Shown: piece after piece, positions 26,623 to 37,115 of the stretch | Numbering within the stretch: the first letter of the stretch is position 1 | Layout of the letters: every line of letters starts with the position of its first letter | The notes under the pieces: generated by a model | The model's input: the letters and a program-made list of their open reading frames with translations, nothing else | Databases searched by the model: none | What the model was told of the DNA's origin: nothing | Position numbers and translations under genes: made by a program | Source of the DNA: an uncultured Candidatus Rokubacteria bacterium | GTDB lineage: Bacteria; Methylomirabilota; Methylomirabilia; Rokubacteriales; CSP1-6 | Assembly: GCA_963747235.1 (NCBI GenBank) | Contig: CAVVEU010000031.1 | Coordinates: 32,001-96,000, forward strand | DNA: 64,000 nucleotides | Direction of reading: 5' to 3'

Positions 26623-28559
26623 GCGGGCATCAGTGGGTTAAGGTGGTCAGGATCTGTGTCAGCTACGAGCGGCAGGATCACCGAAAAGGTGCTCCCCTTG
26701 CCCGGCTCGCTTTCGACGGAGACGCTGCCGCCCTGGAGCTCGACGAGCTTGCGCGTGAGCGCGAGCCCCAGGCCCGTGCCCCCGTGGCGACGCGCCAGGC
26801 GCGATTCGAGCTGCTGGAACTGCGCGAACAGTCTGCCGATGTCTTCGGGCTTGATCCCGATGCCGGTATCGCGCACCTGCAGTGTCAACAGTCCTGGATC
26901 GCGCTGACCGACGATGATGTCCACCTGCCCCCCGTCGTCGGTGAATTTCACGGCGTTGGAGAGCAGGTTGAAGAGCACCTGCTTGAACTTCTGCCGGTCG
27001 AGCGTGACGCTGGTGATCGATGCGGCGATGTGTCTGCGGACGGCGATCTTCTTCTTCTCCGCCATCTGCGAGAGGACGGAGCAGACTTCCTCGACGGTCT
27101 TGGGCAGCGCAAAGGCTTCGGGGGACAGCTCCATCTTCCCCGCCTCCACCTTCGACAGGTCGAGGACGTCGTTGATCAGGTGCAGCAGGTGCCGCCCGCT
27201 GTTCAGGATGTCGTTCAGGTAGTCCTTCTGCTTGGCATTCAGTGGTCCTGGTTTCTCGTCGAAGAGGAACTCGGAGAAGCCGATGATGCCGTTCAAGGGC
27301 GTGCGCAATTCATGACTCATGTTTGCGAGGAACTCGCTCTTCATGCGGTTCGATTCCTGGATGCGCAGGTTCTGGGCTTCGAGCTGAATACTGTTGACCC
27401 GCATCTCCCGCATCCTTCGCTCCTCGGTTCGGTCGCGAAAGACCAGGACGACGCCGCGGATCTCTCCGGTCGGATCCCGGATGGGTGCGCCGCTGTCCGC
27501 GATCGGTCGCGCGGTGCCGTCGCGGGAACACAGGACCGTGTGGTTCGCAAGGCCCACGACCACGCCTTCGCGCAGGACACGGACTACCGGACTCTCTACC
27601 GGACGGCGAGTGTCCTCATCGAGAATGCGAAAGACCTCGGCGAGCGCCCGCCCCTTTGCCTCTTCGAGGGGCCAGCCGGTCAGTTGCTCGGCAACCGGAT
27701 TCATTCGGATGACCCGCCCCTCGATGTTTGTTGCGATCACCGCATCGCCGATGCTGTTGAGGGTGATGGCTAGATTCTGTTCGCTCTCCCGCAGCGCTTC
27801 CTCGGCGCGCTGTCGTTCCGCGATTGTTCCCTTCAACGTGCCCGTCATTTCGTCGAACGCGCGCGAAAGGTCCCCGATCTCGTCCCTGGCGGTAACGTCG
27901 AGCCGAAAATCGAGGTTGCCGGCGCCTACGATCGCGGTGCCTTCGCGCAGGTGTGCGAGCGGCCGGGTTACGCTTCTGAGTGTTAGAAGCAACATCGCGG
28001 CGACGGCCAACACGACGATGCCGCCGGACGACACCACCGCGAAACGTGCCCGTTGTTGAGCCTCCAGGACACCCGCCCGGCTGCGCTCGGCGAGACCCTC
28101 CGCGTCGGAGATCATCGTCTGCGTCTTGTTCGTGATCTGCCCGGTCAGCCTGGTCTCCAACTCCGTGAGCGCCGCGCTGTGTTCCCTGTGGTGTTCACGG
28201 TTGTGGTGGTTCGTCACGAGTTGGGCGAATAGAGTGCTGACGCTGTCGTGGGTGTGGCGGAGCCCGTCTACGATTGCTTGGCCCTCGGTGCCGGTAAACT
28301 CCGTGGAGTTCGCAAGCAGTGTCGAGAGCGACGCGTGCCTCAGCCGCCACTGGGCCTGCGCCCGCTCTTCGTGGTGCAGCACATATTCGAGCGTCAGGTA
28401 TCTGACGGCGGTGGCTCCTTTGAGCACTTCCGCGGCCACCTCGTTCTTGGTGAGCTCTTGCCTCACCTGCTGCGTGGTGGATAACAGCACCGCGGAGATG
28501 ACGGCAACGGCTCCCACGGAGAGCAGTCCGGCAAGCTTGAGACGGGAGGAAATTCTCAT
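26619..28559 (-). CDS. Membrane sensor histidine kinase (2 TM, periplasmic helical domain, HAMP, PAS, HisKA, HATPase)
   Basis: DEIGDLSRAF HAMP, SIGDAVIAT/NPVAEQLTGW PAS, EFLANMSHELRTPL, NAVKFT, GTGLGL. Confidence 0.92.
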   Translation of the reverse strand: MRISSRLKLAGLLSVGAVAVISAVLLSTTQQVRQELTKNEVAAEVLKGATAVRYLTLEYVLHHEERAQAQWRLRHASLSTLLANSTEFTGTEGQAIVDGLRHTHDSVSTLFAQLVTNHHNREHHREHSAALTELETRLTGQITNKTQTMISDAEGLAERSRAGVLEAQQRARFAVVSSGGIVVLAVAAMLLLTLRSVTRPLAHLREGTAIVGAGNLDFRLDVTARDEIGDLSRAFDEMTGTLKGTIAERQRAEEALRESEQNLAITLNSIGDAVIATNIEGRVIRMNPVAEQLTGWPLEEAKGRALAEVFRILDEDTRRPVESPVVRVLREGVVVGLANHTVLCSRDGTARPIADSGAPIRDPTGEIRGVVLVFRDRTEERRMREMRVNSIQLEAQNLRIQESNRMKSEFLANMSHELRTPLNGIIGFSEFLFDEKPGPLNAKQKDYLNDILNSGRHLLHLINDVLDLSKVEAGKMELSPEAFALPKTVEEVCSVLSQMAEKKKIAVRRHIAASITSVTLDRQKFKQVLFNLLSNAVKFTDDGGQVDIIVGQRDPGLLTLQVRDTGIGIKPEDIGRLFAQFQQLESRLARRHGGTGLGLALTRKLVELQGGSVSVESEPGKGSTFSVILPLVADTDPDHLNPLMPA

Positions 28560-28569
28560 TGGGGCGGTC

Positions 28570-29586
28570 TCAATGGATGACCGTGACCGCGGCGGGCGCC
28601 ACTGCTTCCAACGCATCGAGATAGAAGTAGTTCAGGTAGTTCGGCATATCGGTCCTGGCGGTGAGCTTGTGCTTTATCGCCCATCGCGTTTCGTCCTCCA
28701 GGGCGAGCACCAGGCTTTGGCCGAGGGTAATCGCGAATCGGTACGATGCCCAGGAGTCCTTCAACTGTGTCGCGTCTGTCCGGATCGCCTTGGCAACGAT
28801 TTCGCGCGCCGCATCCGGCGCGTCCCTGCAGAACCGTGCGCCTCGAATCAAGGCCCGGAGGACTCGCTTTATGGTCTCGGGATGGCTGACGACGTAGTCC
28901 CGTGTTCCGCCGAGGATGAACACCGGATCGTAGACGCCCGCGCCTGAGAAGGTCGCGGCGTTGGCGCCGAGCTGTTCTTTCAACGTGCCGACATACGGCT
29001 CCCAGGTCGAGGCGGCGTCGATGTCTCCGTTCGCCAGTGCCTTGGAGAGCTGCTCCGGCTTGACGTCGAGCACCGTCACGTCACGTGCCGACAGCCGCTC
29101 CCGTATGAGAAACGCGTCGAGTAAGAAATGGCCGGACGTGCCCAATGTAACGCCGATGCGTTTGCCCTTCAGGCTGGCAGGGGCGGCAATGCCCTTATCC
29201 CTTCTGCCGACGATTCCTTGACCTTGTTCTGTCGTGGAGATTGCCGCTACGATCGATACCGGCTGGCCGTTCATCACCGCGAACATGATTGGAATGTCGA
29301 GCATGCTCCCCAGATCGGCCTCTCCCTGTAGGGCGGAGTACAAAGCGGCCTTTCCGGTGCTGTGAGGCTGAAGAGCGACGAGGAGGCTTTCGCGCGAGAA
29401 ATAGCCTTGCTGCTGCGCCACGAATATCGGGCACGATCCTACATATTCGGTGGTCGCAATTGTCACCGGCTCGAGGGGACCCCGCGGCGGTGACGGTGAC
29501 GTCCGGTCGATCCACGCGTAACCTCCGACGACCAGCGCGGCCACAACTAGGAGGCCGGCCATCGCGGAAAGCGAGGGTGTTTCCAC
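28570..29586 (-). CDS. NMT1/SsuA-family substrate-binding protein, N-terminally anchored
   Basis: N-terminal TM, VAQQQGYF, LKGKRIGVTLGTS, DAASTWEPY. Confidence 0.85.
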   Translation of the reverse strand: METPSLSAMAGLLVVAALVVGGYAWIDRTSPSPPRGPLEPVTIATTEYVGSCPIFVAQQQGYFSRESLLVALQPHSTGKAALYSALQGEADLGSMLDIPIMFAVMNGQPVSIVAAISTTEQGQGIVGRRDKGIAAPASLKGKRIGVTLGTSGHFLLDAFLIRERLSARDVTVLDVKPEQLSKALANGDIDAASTWEPYVGTLKEQLGANAATFSGAGVYDPVFILGGTRDYVVSHPETIKRVLRALIRGARFCRDAPDAAREIVAKAIRTDATQLKDSWASYRFAITLGQSLVLALEDETRWAIKHKLTARTDMPNYLNYFYLDALEAVAPAAVTVIH

Positions 29587-29835
29587 TGAACAGCCTTGTC
29601 GTCTTTTGTGTCATCGTGAATCCGCCCCAACCCGCTAAGACTGCTTGAGCCGCCTAGCGGCACCGTGTAGTTCGTACCCGGAGCGTGGTGCCCGCGATGC
29701 ACCCGCATTCAAGGTTGGCGGCAAGCGAATATGCTCACTATTGGACCAAAGGCCAATGCGCCGGAGCCGTGGCATCGGCTCCTGAGGCGGCCAGCGTCCG
29801 GGTCTGGGGAGGTTACATCACGGTGACGGGATGCA

Positions 29836-29942
29836 AGGACTACCACCGCCGCACCGTGCGGGTGCGCGCGCTCTACGACCGCGTCGTGCCGAAGTGAGCC
29901 CGGCCGGGTCAGGCGCCCGGCTCGCGGGTGATGCGCGCGCCG
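29836..29942 (+). repeat. Right copy of ~106-bp direct repeat (decayed glnE tail plus intact murA end)
   Basis: Encodes DYHRRTVRVRALYDRVVPK* versus glnE DYRRRTAWVRALYDRVVPK*. Confidence 0.9.
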
Positions 29943-31203
29943 AGCGAGCGCAGGCGCTCGTCGATCCGCTCGTAGCCGCGGTCCACCTGGTGCGCGTTCA
30001 TGATCGAGGAGGTGCCGCGCGCGCACAGCGCGGCGCCGATGAGGGCCATGCCCGCGCGGATGTCGGGGGAGACCATCGGCGCGGCCCGCAGCTCGGTGGG
30101 GCCGACCACCACCGCCCGGTGCGGATCGCACAGGATGATCCGGGCGCCCATCGCGATGAGGCTGTCCACGAAGAAGAGGCGGCTCTCGAATAGCTTCTCG
30201 TGGATGAGCACGGTCCCGCGGCTCTGGGTCGCCAGCACGAGCGCGAGGGAGGTCAGGTCGGCGGGGAAGCCCGGCCACGGCGCGTCGTCCACCTTGGAGA
30301 TCGCCCCGTCCGCGTCGGCCGCGACCGTCGAGCTCCTGCGGGCCGGGGACGACCAGCGTGGTGCCGTCGAGCGAGGTCTCGACGCCCAGCCGCCGGTAGG
30401 CCAGGCGGATCATGCGCAGATCCTCCGGGATCACGTCGCGGATGCGGAGGTCGCCGCCGGTCATCGCGGCCAGGGCCACGAAGGAGCCGATCTCGATGTG
30501 ATCGGGGCCCAGGCGGTGCCGGCCGGGCCCGAGCTCGCGGACGCCCTGGATGCGGAGCTGGTTCGTCCCGATGCCGCTGATCCGGGCGCCCAGCGTGTTG
30601 AGGAAGCGGCACAGGCCCTGGACGTGCGGCTCGCTGGCCGCGTTCAGGATCACGGTCTCGCCCTCGGCCAGCACCGCGGCCATCACCGTGTTCTCGGTGC
30701 CGGTCACGCTCATCTCGTCCAGGAAGACCTCGGTGCCCCGGAAGCGGCCCTCGAGCGTCAGGTGGAGCGACGGGCCGGACGCGACGCGCGCGCCCAGCTC
30801 GCTCAGCGCGAGCAGGTGGGTGTCGAGCCGCCGCCGGCCGATCCGATCGCCGCCGGGAGGCGGCAGCACCGCCTGGCCCGTCCGTGCGAGCAGGCCCGGC
30901 GCGAGCAGCACGGAGCCGCGGAGCTGCGACATCACCGCGGGGTCGGGGTCGCGGCCCTTGAGCGTGCTCGCGTCCAGGCGCACCGTGCCGTGGTCGTCCA
31001 CCTCCACCCGCACGCCCAGGTGGCGGAGCCCCTCGAGCAGCGCGGTCACGTCCCGGATGCGGGGCACGTTGTCCACGACGACCTGGACCCGCGACGAGCA
31101 GGCAGGCCGCGAGCACGGGCAGGGCCTCGTTCTTGTTGCCGGCCGGCGTCACCGTCCCCCGCAGGGGATGGCCGCCCTCCACCAGGAAGCGATCTCCGGT
31201 CAC
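29909..31203 (-). CDS. murA: UDP-N-acetylglucosamine 1-carboxyvinyltransferase (frameshifts near 31085 and 30325)
   Basis: [49 protein letters not shown]. Confidence 0.93.
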
Positions 31204-31299
31204 GTGAGCCTCCTCGTCAATACTAACCGAGCGTGCGGACATTAAAGGCACGGGAGAGGCGGTCGCCCGGAGGCCGGTGTATGATCCGGGCGAGTCCGC

Positions 31300-33871
31300 A
31301 TGACCGAGCGCTTGTTCATCCTCGACGGCCCCGGCTTCCTCTTTCGCGCTTACCACGCGATCCCGTTCCTCTCCACCTCGAAGGGCGTGCCGAGCCACGC
31401 GGTCTTCGGCATGTCCACGATGCTGTGGAAGCTGCTGCGCGAGGACAATCCGGAGTACTTCGCGGTCGCGTGGGACCCGCCCGGCCCGACGTTCCGGGAG
31501 GAGAAGTTCGCGGCCTACAAGGAGACCCGGGCCCCCACGCCCGACGATCTCCGCACCCAGATCCCGCTGGTGAAGACGCTCTTCGAGGCCCTGCGCCTGC
31601 CGCTCCTGGAGGTGCCGGGCTTCGAGGCCGACGACGTGCTGGGCACCGTGGTGGACCGCACCCGCGATCTTCCCATCGACCTCGTCCTGGTCACCTCCGA
31701 CAAGGACATGCTCCAGCTCGTGAGCCCGCGGGTGCGCGTGTTCTCGACCACCGGCCGGGGCGGGGACCGCGTGATCTTCGACGAGGCCGCGGTGAAGGCC
31801 AAGTGGGGCGTGGAGCCCGCGCAGATCCCCGACATCCTGGCCCTCATGGGCGACTCCATCGACAACATCCCGGGCGTGCCGGGCGTGGGCGAGAAGACCG
31901 CGGCCAAGCTGATCGGCCAGTTCGGCGGCGTGGCCCGCCTCTACGAGAACCTCTCGCTGGTGCCGGGCAAGCTGCGCGAGACGCTGGCCGCCAACCGCAA
32001 GCAGGCGCTGCTCTCGCGCGAGCTGGCGACGGTCAGCACGCGGGTGCCGATCGCGGTGGACCTGGAGGCCTTCCGGCGCCGCGAGCCCGACTGGGAGCGC
32101 CTGCGCGCGCTCTGGACCGAGCTCGAGTTCCACAGCCTGCTGCGCCAGCTCCCCGCGGAGCCCGCGCCCGAGGCCACCGGCGGCGAGGTGCCGACCCTGG
32201 CCGACGCGGAGGCGCTCGCGGCGTACCTGGCCAAGGCGCCCGCGGGCGAGCCGCTCGCTGTTGAAGCGATCGGCGAGGGTGGCCCTCCGGACCCGGCCCT
32301 GACGGCAGTTGGCCTGTATCACCCGGAGGCGGGTCCCGCGATCCTCGAGCTCGAGGCCTGGAAGGCCGCGGTGCCCGATCTCGGCGGGCGCACGCTGATC
32401 GGCCACGACATCAAGCCGCTGATCGAGTGGTGGCTGGCCCGCGGCGGCGCGCTGCCGCCGGTCGAGGACACCGCGGTGGCCGCCTACCTGCTGAATCCGG
32501 CGCGCACCAACTACAAGCTCGAGGAGGTCTGCGCCGAGCTGCTCGGCCAGGGGCCGGGCATCGCGCGGCCCGGCACGCGGGCCCGGTGGATCTGGGATCT
32601 CTGGGCGATGGAGCCGCGCGCGCTGCAGGAGGTGGGGCTCCACGCGCTCTACCAGGACGTCGAGCGGCCGCTGATCGGGGTGCTCGCGCGCATGGAGCGG
32701 CACGGCATCCGGGTGGACCCGGTCCGCCTGGGCGAGTTCTCGCGCGAGCTCGAGGTGCATCTCGAGCGGACGACACGCGAGATCTTCACCCTGGCCGGCG
32801 AGGAGTTCAACATCGGCTCGCCCAAGCAGCTCGCCCACATCCTGTTCGAGAAGCTCAAGCTGCCGCCGGTGAGGCGGACCAAGACCGGCTACTCCACCGA
32901 CGCGGACGTGCTCGAGCATCTCGCGATCGGCCACGAGCTGCCCGCGCGCATCGTCGAGCACCGCACGCTCGCCAAGCTCAAGTCCACCTACGCGGACTCG
33001 CTGCCCACCTTGATCAATCCGGTGACCGGGCGCATCCACACCTCGTTCAACCAGCTCGTGGCCGCGACCGGACGCCTGAGCAGCCGGACGGTTATCCTCG
33101 AGCAATCCGAACGTTCAGAATATTCCGGTGCGCACCGAGCTGGGCCGGCGCATCCGCGCCGCCTTCGTGCCCGATCCGGGCTGGCAGTTCCTCGCGGCGG
33201 ACTACTCGCAGATCGAGCTGCGCATCCTGGCCCACGTCTCGGGCGAGGAGAGCCTGATCGAGGCCTTCCGCCGCGGCGAGGACATCCACCGCCGCACCGC
33301 CTCGGAGGTGTTCGGCGTCGCGCTGGAGGCGGTGAGCCCGGAGCAGCGCGACATCGCCAAGACCACGAACTTCGCGGTGATCTACGGCGTCACCGCCTTC
33401 GGGCTCTCGCGCGGCCTCGACATGAGCCCCAAGCAGGCGCAGGAGTTCCTCGATCGGTTCTTCGCGCGGCATCCCAGGGTGAAGGCCTACCTCGCGCGCA
33501 CCGTGGCGGAGGGCCGCGAGCGCGGCTTCGTCACCACGCTGCTCGGGCGGCGGCGCTACCTGCCGGAGCTGCGCAGCGGCAATCCGAATCTCCGGGGCTT
33601 CGGCGAGCGCATGGCCACCAACGCGCCCATCCAGGGCACCGCCGCGGATCTCATCAAGATCGCGATGGTCCGGGTGGCCCAGGAGCTGGACGCGCACCGG
33701 CTGGAGAGCCGCATGCTGCTGCAGGTGCACGACGAGCTGCTGTTCGAGGCGCCGCCCGCGGAGCTCCCGCGCCTCCAGGCGCTGGCCACCCAGGTGATGG
33801 AGTCCGCCATGTCGTTCGACGTGCCGCTCAAGGTGGACGTGAAGATCGGCGCCGACTGGGCCACGGTATGA
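31300..33871 (+). CDS. polA: DNA polymerase I (frame broken by 16 extra nt at 33068-33083)
   Basis: 5'-3' exonuclease ([24 protein letters not shown]), [38 protein letters not shown]. Confidence 0.95.
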
Positions 33872-34500
33872 GGCGCTTCCTCCTCGTCGGCCTCACCGGC
33901 GGCATCGCCACCGGCAAGAGCACGGTGAACGCCATGCTGGCGAACCCGAGCGTGCGGGTGGTGGACGCCGACGCGCTCGCCCGCGAGGTCGTGGAGCCGG
34001 GCACGTCCACCCTCGCCCTGATCGTCGCCGAGTTCGGCAAGGATGTGCTGCAGCCCGACGGCCGACTCGACCGCGCGCGCCTGGGCGAGATCGTCTTCGC
34101 GGATCCGGCGAAGCGGAAGCGCCTCGAGGCCATCACCCATCCGGCGATCCGCGCGCGGTTCGAACGGCTCATGGTGGAGCTCGAGCGCCAGGGCTTCGAC
34201 GGCATCCTGATCTGGGACGCCGCCCTGCTGGTCGAGTCCGGCGGCCACAACAAGATGGACAAGGTGGTGGTGGTGACCACCGACCCGGCCACCCAGCTCC
34301 AGCGCCTGATGGCGCGCGACGGCTCGACCGAGGAGGCCGCGCGCGCGCGCACCGCGAGCCAGATGCCGCTGGCGGTGAAGGCGCGCGTGGCCGACTACGT
34401 CATCGACAACTCGGGCACCCGCGAGGCGACGGAAGCGCGCGTGCGCGAGGTCTACCGCGCCCTCCTGGAAGATCTGCGCCACCACCAGGCGCCGCGGTGA
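33868..34500 (+). CDS. coaE: Dephospho-CoA kinase
   Basis: GLTGGIATGKST, DADALARE, LEAITHP, IDNSG. Confidence 0.93.
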   Translation: MRRFLLVGLTGGIATGKSTVNAMLANPSVRVVDADALAREVVEPGTSTLALIVAEFGKDVLQPDGRLDRARLGEIVFADPAKRKRLEAITHPAIRARFERLMVELERQGFDGILIWDAALLVESGGHNKMDKVVVVTTDPATQLQRLMARDGSTEEAARARTASQMPLAVKARVADYVIDNSGTREATEARVREVYRALLEDLRHHQAPR

Positions 34501-35360
34501 GCCCGCGCCGGAACGCGCGGGCCGCCGCGCCCCGCGCCCCGGTGTACCGGTCGGCCACGCGCGGCCGCACCCGCGCGCTCGGCCAGCACTTCCTGCGGGA
34601 CCGGTCGGTGGTGGACCGCATCGTGGACCTGGTGGCGCCCACCGCGCGCGATCTGGTCGTCGAGATCGGCCCCGGGCGCGGCGCCCTCACCGAGACGCTG
34701 GCCGCCCGCGCCGGCCGGCTCCTCACGCTCGAGATCGACGCGGAGCTGGCCGCGACGCTCCAGGCCCGCTTCGCCGCGTCGTCGCACGTGGAGGTCCGCC
34801 AGGCGGACGCGCGCGGGTTCGACTACCGGACGCTGCGCGCGCTCGCGCCCGATCCGGGCGGCCGCGTGCTGGTGGTGGGCAACCTCCCCTACAGCGTGGG
34901 CAAGCCCATCCTGGCCGCCCTGGTGGAGGCCGCCGCGGCCATCGACGAGATGGCGCTCATGCTCCAGAAGGAGGTGGCCGAGCGCGTGGCCGCCGAGCCC
35001 GGCGGGAAGACCTACGGCGCGCTCTCGGTGCTGACCCAGGTGGCGGTCGCGGCGCGTCTGGCCTTCTCGGTGCCGCCCGGCGCCTTCAGCCCGCCGCCCC
35101 AGGTGGATTCGGCGGTGCTGCACCTCGTGGCGCACCGCACGCCGCCCGTCCCGGTGGCCGATCCCGCCCGCTTCGCCACCGTGGTGCGCGCCGCCTTCGG
35201 CCAGCGCCGCAAGAGCCTGGCGAATTCCCTGGCCGCCGGCCTGAGCCTGGGGGCGGAGCGTGCCCGCCGGCTCTGCGAGGCCGCCTCCATCGACCCCGGC
35301 CGCCGCGCCGAGACCCTCTCGCTGGCCGAATTCGCCCGGCTGGCCGCCACGGCGGGCTAG
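34497..35360 (+). CDS. rsmA: 16S rRNA m6,2A dimethyltransferase KsgA
   Basis: LGQHFL, EIGPGRG, GNLPY, MLQKEVAER, FSPPPQVDS, RRAETLS. Confidence 0.93.
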   Translation: MSPRRNARAAAPRAPVYRSATRGRTRALGQHFLRDRSVVDRIVDLVAPTARDLVVEIGPGRGALTETLAARAGRLLTLEIDAELAATLQARFAASSHVEVRQADARGFDYRTLRALAPDPGGRVLVVGNLPYSVGKPILAALVEAAAAIDEMALMLQKEVAERVAAEPGGKTYGALSVLTQVAVAARLAFSVPPGAFSPPPQVDSAVLHLVAHRTPPVPVADPARFATVVRAAFGQRRKSLANSLAAGLSLGAERARRLCEAASIDPGRRAETLSLAEFARLAATAG

Positions 35361-35411
35361 CCCCGTTCCTTGGGCCCGGCTAGGGCCCGGTGGTAGGATG
35401 AAAAGGCCGCA

Positions 35412-37115
35412 ATGAACACCACTTACAGACCAGATCCCGTTCCGATCGATGCGCCCGGCGAGCCCGCGGTGCGGCTCATTCCCCTGGGCGGCCTGGGCGA
35501 GATCGGGCTCAACATGATGCTGATCGAGTGCGGCCCCGACATCCTGGCGGTGGACTGCGGCCTGCTCTTCCCGGACGACGAGATGCCCGGTGTGGATTTC
35601 GCCATCCCGGACTTCACGTATCTGCGCGAGCGCCGCGCCGCGTTCCGCGGCGTCGTGCTCACGCACGGCCACGAGGACCACATCGGCGCGCTGTCCTACC
35701 TGCTGCGGGAGTTCCCGGTGCCGGTCTATGGCACGCCGCTCACCCTGGCGGTGGCGAAGCACCGGCTCGCCGAGCACGGCGTGCTCGATCAGGCCGACCT
35801 GCGCACGTACGCGCCGGGCGATCGCATCGTCATCGGCGGCTTCACGGTGGAGCCGATCCGCGTGACGCACTCGATCGCCGACGGCATCGGCCTCGCGATC
35901 GAGACGCCGCTCGGCACCGTGGTCCACACCGGCGACTTCAAGCTCGACCCGCACCCGGTGGATCATCAGCAGCCGGACTACTCGCGCTTCGCGGCGCTGG
36001 GCGAGCGCGGCGTGCTCGTGCTCTGCTCGGACTCGACCAATGTCGGCCGGCCGGGGCACACCGGCTCCGAGACGCTCGTCGGCCAGGCGCTCGCGGGCCG
36101 CTTCGCGGAGGCCCCGGGGCGCATCATCCTCGCCACCTTCGCCTCTCACATCCACCGCATCCAGCAGGTGCTCGATCTCGCGGCGGACTGCCATAGAAAT
36201 GTCGCGCTGCTCGGCAAGAGCATGATGACGAACGTGGCGGTAGCGCAGGAGCTGGGCTACCTCACGGTGCCGGAGGGCCTGATCCTGCCGCTCGAGGAGC
36301 TCGCCGAGCTGCCCGCCCAGCGCCAGGTGATCGTCTCCACCGGCAGCCAGGGCGAGCCCCACTCCGCGCTCTCGCTGATCGCGGCGGGCGACCACAAGTA
36401 CGTGCATGCGGGGCCGGGCGACCTGGTGATCTTCTCCTCGCGCGTGATCCCGGGCAACGAGCGCGTGATCGGCCGCGTGATCAACGCGCTCCTGCGCCGC
36501 GGCGCGGAGGTGCTCTGGGAGGACGTGGCCTTCGTGCACGTCTCCGGGCACGCGAGCCAGGAGGATCTCAAGCAGATGCTCGCGATGACGCGCCCGCGCT
36601 ACTTCGTGCCGGTGCACGGCGAGTTCCGGCACCTGCTGCAGCACGCGCGGCTGGCCGAGGGCGTGGGCATCCCCAAGGACCGCATCTTCCTCATCGAGGA
36701 CGGCCTCGGGCTCGAGGTCACCGCGTCCGGCACGCGCGTGCTCGGCGGCTACCCGGCCGGGCCGGTGCTGGTGGACGGCAAGGGCGTGGGCGACGTGGGC
36801 AGCGTGGTGCTCCGCGATCGACAGCTCCTGGCCGAGGCGGGCATGCTGGTGATCGCGCTGACCATCGACCGCACGACGGGGTTGATCGTGGCGGGACCCG
36901 AGATCGTCTCCCGCGGGTTCGTCTACATGAAGGAGGCCGACGCCCTGATGGACGAGGTCAAGACCGCGGTGCGGGACGCCCTGGCCGGCCGGCGGGAGCC
37001 GGAGGCCTTCGACCGCGAGCTGGTCGGCGCGATGGTGCGGAGCGCGGCGCGCCGGTTCATCAACCAGCGGTTCCAGCGCAAGCCGGTGGTGCTGCCCGTG
37101 ATCCTGGAGGTCTGA
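35412..37115 (+). CDS. rnj: Ribonuclease J
   Basis: PLGGLGEIG, THGHEDHIG, HTGDFK, GSQGEP, HVSGHA, PVHGE. Confidence 0.95.
   Translation: MNTTYRPDPVPIDAPGEPAVRLIPLGGLGEIGLNMMLIECGPDILAVDCGLLFPDDEMPGVDFAIPDFTYLRERRAAFRGVVLTHGHEDHIGALSYLLREFPVPVYGTPLTLAVAKHRLAEHGVLDQADLRTYAPGDRIVIGGFTVEPIRVTHSIADGIGLAIETPLGTVVHTGDFKLDPHPVDHQQPDYSRFAALGERGVLVLCSDSTNVGRPGHTGSETLVGQALAGRFAEAPGRIILATFASHIHRIQQVLDLAADCHRNVALLGKSMMTNVAVAQELGYLTVPEGLILPLEELAELPAQRQVIVSTGSQGEPHSALSLIAAGDHKYVHAGPGDLVIFSSRVIPGNERVIGRVINALLRRGAEVLWEDVAFVHVSGHASQEDLKQMLAMTRPRYFVPVHGEFRHLLQHARLAEGVGIPKDRIFLIEDGLGLEVTASGTRVLGGYPAGPVLVDGKGVGDVGSVVLRDRQLLAEAGMLVIALTIDRTTGLIVAGPEIVSRGFVYMKEADALMDEVKTAVRDALAGRREPEAFDRELVGAMVRSAARRFINQRFQRKPVVLPVILEV

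Larger units (their letters stand above)
24250..29835. mobile_element. Lower-GC signalling island between direct repeats; no integrase or transposase visible
   Basis: Visibly more A/T at third codon positions than the flanks; bounded by the duplicated glnE/murA junction. Confidence 0.7.

Noticed and set aside
31300-34500. PolA-CoaE fusion ORF
   Set aside because: Caused by the 16 extra nt; the polymerase C-terminus ends at 33871 in another frame
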